NCBI RefSeq assembly: GCF_963921235.1
Contig: NC_086108.1
Location: 92,134,001-92,198,000 of the forward strand
Length of the DNA stretch: 64,000 nucleotides
Direction: 5' to 3'
From: Mobula hypostoma
Lineage: Eukaryota
The notes under the pieces: generated by a model
The model's input: the letters and a program-made list of their open reading frames with translations, nothing else
Told to the model about the DNA's origin: nothing
Databases searched by the model: none
Position numbers and translations under genes: made by a program
Part shown: one piece after another, positions 60,965 to 64,000 of the stretch
How positions within the stretch are numbered: the stretch's first letter is position 1
Layout: each line of letters opens with the position of its first letter

Positions 60965-62305
60965 CATAGAAACATAGAAACATAGAAAATAGTGCAGGAG
61001 TAGGCCATTCGGCCCTTCGAGCCTGCACCACCATTTATTATGATCATGGCTGATCATCCAACTCAGAACCCTGCACCAGCCTTCCCTCCATACCCTCTGA
61101 TCCCCCTAGCCACAAGGGCCATATCTAACTCCCTCTTAAATATAGCCAATGAACTGGCCTCAACTGTTTCCTGTGGCAGAGAATTCCACAGATTCACCAC
61201 TCTCTGTGTGAAGAAGTTTTTCCTCATCTCGGTCCTAAAAGGCTTCCCCTTTATCCTCAAACTGTGACCTCTCGTTCTGGACTTCCCCAACATCGGGAAC
61301 AATCTTCCTGCATCTAGCCTGTCCAATCCCTTTAGGATTTTATACGTTTCAATCAGATCCCCCCTCAATCTTCTAAATTCCAAAAAGTACAAGCCCAGTT
61401 CATCCAGTCTTTCTTCATATGAAAGTCCTGCCATCCCAGGAATCAATCTGGTGAACCTTCTTTGTACTCCCTCTATGGCAAGGATGTCTTTCCTCAGATT
61501 AGGGGACCAAAACTGCACACAATACACCAAGGCCTTGTACAACTGCAGTAGTACCTCCCTGCTCCTGTACTCGAATCCTCTCGCTATAAATGCCAGCATA
61601 CCATTCGCCTTTTTCACCGCCTGCTGCACCTACATGCCCACTTTCAATGACTGGTGCATAATGACACCCAGGTCTCGTTGCACCTCCCCTTTTCCTAATC
61701 GGCCACCATTCAGATAATAATCTGTTTTCCTATTTTTGCCACCAAAGTGGATAACTTCACATTTATCCACATTAAATTGCATCTGCTATGAATTTGCCCA
61801 CTCACCCAACCTATCCAAGTCACCCTGCATCCTCTTAGCATCCTCCTCACAGCTAACACTGCCACCCAGCTTCATGTCATCCGCAAACTTGGAGATGCTG
61901 CATTTAATTCCCTCATCCAAGTCATTAATATATATTGTAAACAACTGGGGTCCCAGCACTGAGCCTTGCGGTACCCCACTAGTCACCGCCTGCCATTCTG
62001 AAAAGGTCCCGTTTATTCCCACTCTTTGCTTCCTGTCTGCTAACCAATTCTCCACCCACACCAATACCTTACCCCCAATACCGTGTGCTTTAAGTTTGCA
62101 CACTAATCTCCTGTGTGGGACCTTGTCAAAAGCCTTTTGAAAATCCAAATGTACCACATCCACTGGTTCTCCCCTATCCACTCTACTAGTTACATCCTCA
62201 AAAAATTCTATGAGATTCGTCAGACATGATTTTCCTTTCACAAATCCATGCTGACTTTGTCCGATGATTTCACCACTTTCCAAATGTGCTGTTATCACAT
62301 CTTTG
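60965..62305 (-). mobile_element. Young CR1 LINE, RT to 3' end
   Basis: ORFs 61786-62298 and 61063-61629; (CATAGAAA)n tail on + strand. Confidence 0.93.
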
Positions 62306-62869
62306 TTATCACTAGCTTGTTCTTAACCATGAGCACGGAGTGATCCTACTACCCAGGACTTTCAGCAGGAAAGAGCTCTCAGAGTGGGAAATTCCAAGAC
62401 AGACAATAGCTCAGGGTGTGCCTTCCGTGGACATCATTCCCTACTGGGTGATCTGGAGTAACAGAGACAGTCAGTTCATGGCTACATACTCATTGTAGGG
62501 AGTGGAAGTTGTGACAGGGCAAGGGTTAACAATGTCCAGACCAGGAAGGTTCTTTAAGAAAGCTCTTTGAAGAGCATAGCTTCCCTTTGCTCAGCTGGGG
62601 GCAAGAGCCATTTGGCTTATTAAGCCAAGATAAGCACGTTATCAAAGATTATTGTTATCACACACCCCAACTCAGAGACAGTTGAGAAAGTTCAACACAT
62701 CATCAGTTATTAGCTTGTAGTTTCTATTTATGTTTAAAACCTGCACAGAAAATGGTGATTGATCTTGCAAATAAGGATTTTGTGCTTACACAAGTTAGCT
62801 AATTGGTCAATATCCATAACTGCTAGTCAATTCTGTATGGACGTGGCATTTCTTTGTTCAGAAGCAAGA

Positions 62870-64000
62870 GAAAATCTGCAGTTGCTGGAAATCCAAAAAC
62901 ACACACAAAGTGCTGGAGGAACTCAGCAGGGCAGGCAGCATCTATGGAAAAGAGTGTAGTCAACGTTTTGGGCCGAGATCCTTCATCGGGACTGGAAAAA
63001 AAAGATGAGGAGTCAAAATTAGAGGATGGGGGGGTGGGGAAGAGGAGGAAGAAACACTAAAAAGGGGGGGGGAGTGGTGAAGTAAAGAGCTGGGAAGTTG
63101 ATTGGTGAAAGAGATACAGGTCTGGAGAAGGGGTATCTGACAGCAGAGGACAGAAGGCCATTGAAGAAAGAAAAGGGGGAAGGAACATTAGAGGGAGGCA
63201 ATGGGCAGGCAAGGAGATAAGGTGATAGAGGGGAAAGGGGGATGGGGATGGGGAATGGTGAAGTGGGGGTAGGGCATTACCAGAAGTTTGAGAAATTGAT
63301 GTTTATACCATCAGGTTAGAGGCTACCCAGATGGAATACAAGGTGCTGCTCCTCAAATCTGAGTGTGGCCTCATCATGACAGTAGAGGAGGCCATGGATA
63401 GACATATCGGAATGGGAAGTGGAATTAAAATGGGTGGCCACTGGGAGATCCCCCTTTTTCTGTGAGAAGAGCGTAAGTACTCAGCAAAGCAGTCTCCAAA
63501 TCTATGTCAGGTCTCACCAATATACAGGAGGCCACACCAGGAGCACCGGATACAGAAGATAATCCCAACAGACTCACAGGTGAAGTGTTGCCTCACCTGG
63601 AAGGACTGTTTAGGGCCCTGAATGGTAGTGAGGGAGGAGGCATCGGGGCAGGTGTAGCAGTTGTTCCTCTTACAAGGATAAGTGCCAGGAGGAAGATCAG
63701 TGAGGAGGGACAAATGGACAAGGGAATCCCCTGAGGAAAGCAGAAAGTTGGGGTCAGGGAAAGATGTGCTTGGCGGTGGGATCCCGTTGGCGATGGCAAA
63801 AGTTACGCAGAATTATATGCTGGACGCACAGGCTACTGAGGTGGTAGGTAAGGGCAAGAGAAGCCCTATTCCCGGTGGGGTGACAGGAAGATAGGGTGTC
63901 GGCAGACATGTGTGAAATGGAAGCGATGCAGCTGAGGGCAGCATTGATAGTGGTTCAGACTCCAGAACAGTGTGGTGACAGGGACCACACTGTTCTCTTT
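62870..64000 (-). mobile_element. Penelope-like retroelement fragment
   Basis: PGTYPCKRNNCYTCP..HFTCESVGIIFCIRCS.CGLLYIGET (GIY-YIG); tail with mutated hammerhead at 62957-62994. Confidence 0.88.

Noticed and set aside
62670..62740. - strand acceptor followed by VLNINRNYKLITDDVLNFLNCL
   Set aside because: Hits a stop with no credible donor, so it cannot be the next upstream exon.
1..64000. Prokaryotic systems (CRISPR arrays, operons, retrons, defence islands)
   Set aside because: No repeat-spacer arrays or gene-dense operons; all RT and nuclease ORFs belong to eukaryotic LINE or Penelope families.

Overview
Repeat-dense vertebrate genomic DNA. The repeat set (CR1 and Rex1/Babar LINEs, HE1-like V-SINEs, Penelope tails) suggests a cartilaginous fish, probably a ray (inference). 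There are no prokaryotic features. Most of the window is nested, decayed mobile DNA: CR1, Rex1/Babar and RTE LINEs, Penelope-like elements whose tails carry minimal hammerhead ribozyme motifs, Tc1 transposons, probable solo LTRs and tRNA-derived SINEs. Two host genes are supported by splice signals and reading phase but could not be named: a + strand terminal exon at 3807-3967, and a - strand gene with phase-compatible exons at 48859-48893, 48530-48598, 36963-37209 and 25359-25379, plus candidate microexons. The standout observation is at 15683-15862. It is a 180-nt, CpG-rich, circularly permuted piece of the 5' coding region of ZFTRAF1/CYHR1 (KLEERLYSVL|CCAVCLDLPKAS in swapped order). It sits precisely, and in frame, inside a small non-autonomous RTE retroposon, which is itself nested in another RTE inside a Rex1 tail. 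This points to gene-fragment capture through a ~178-nt circular intermediate. Repeat boundaries are approximate unless a TSD is quoted.
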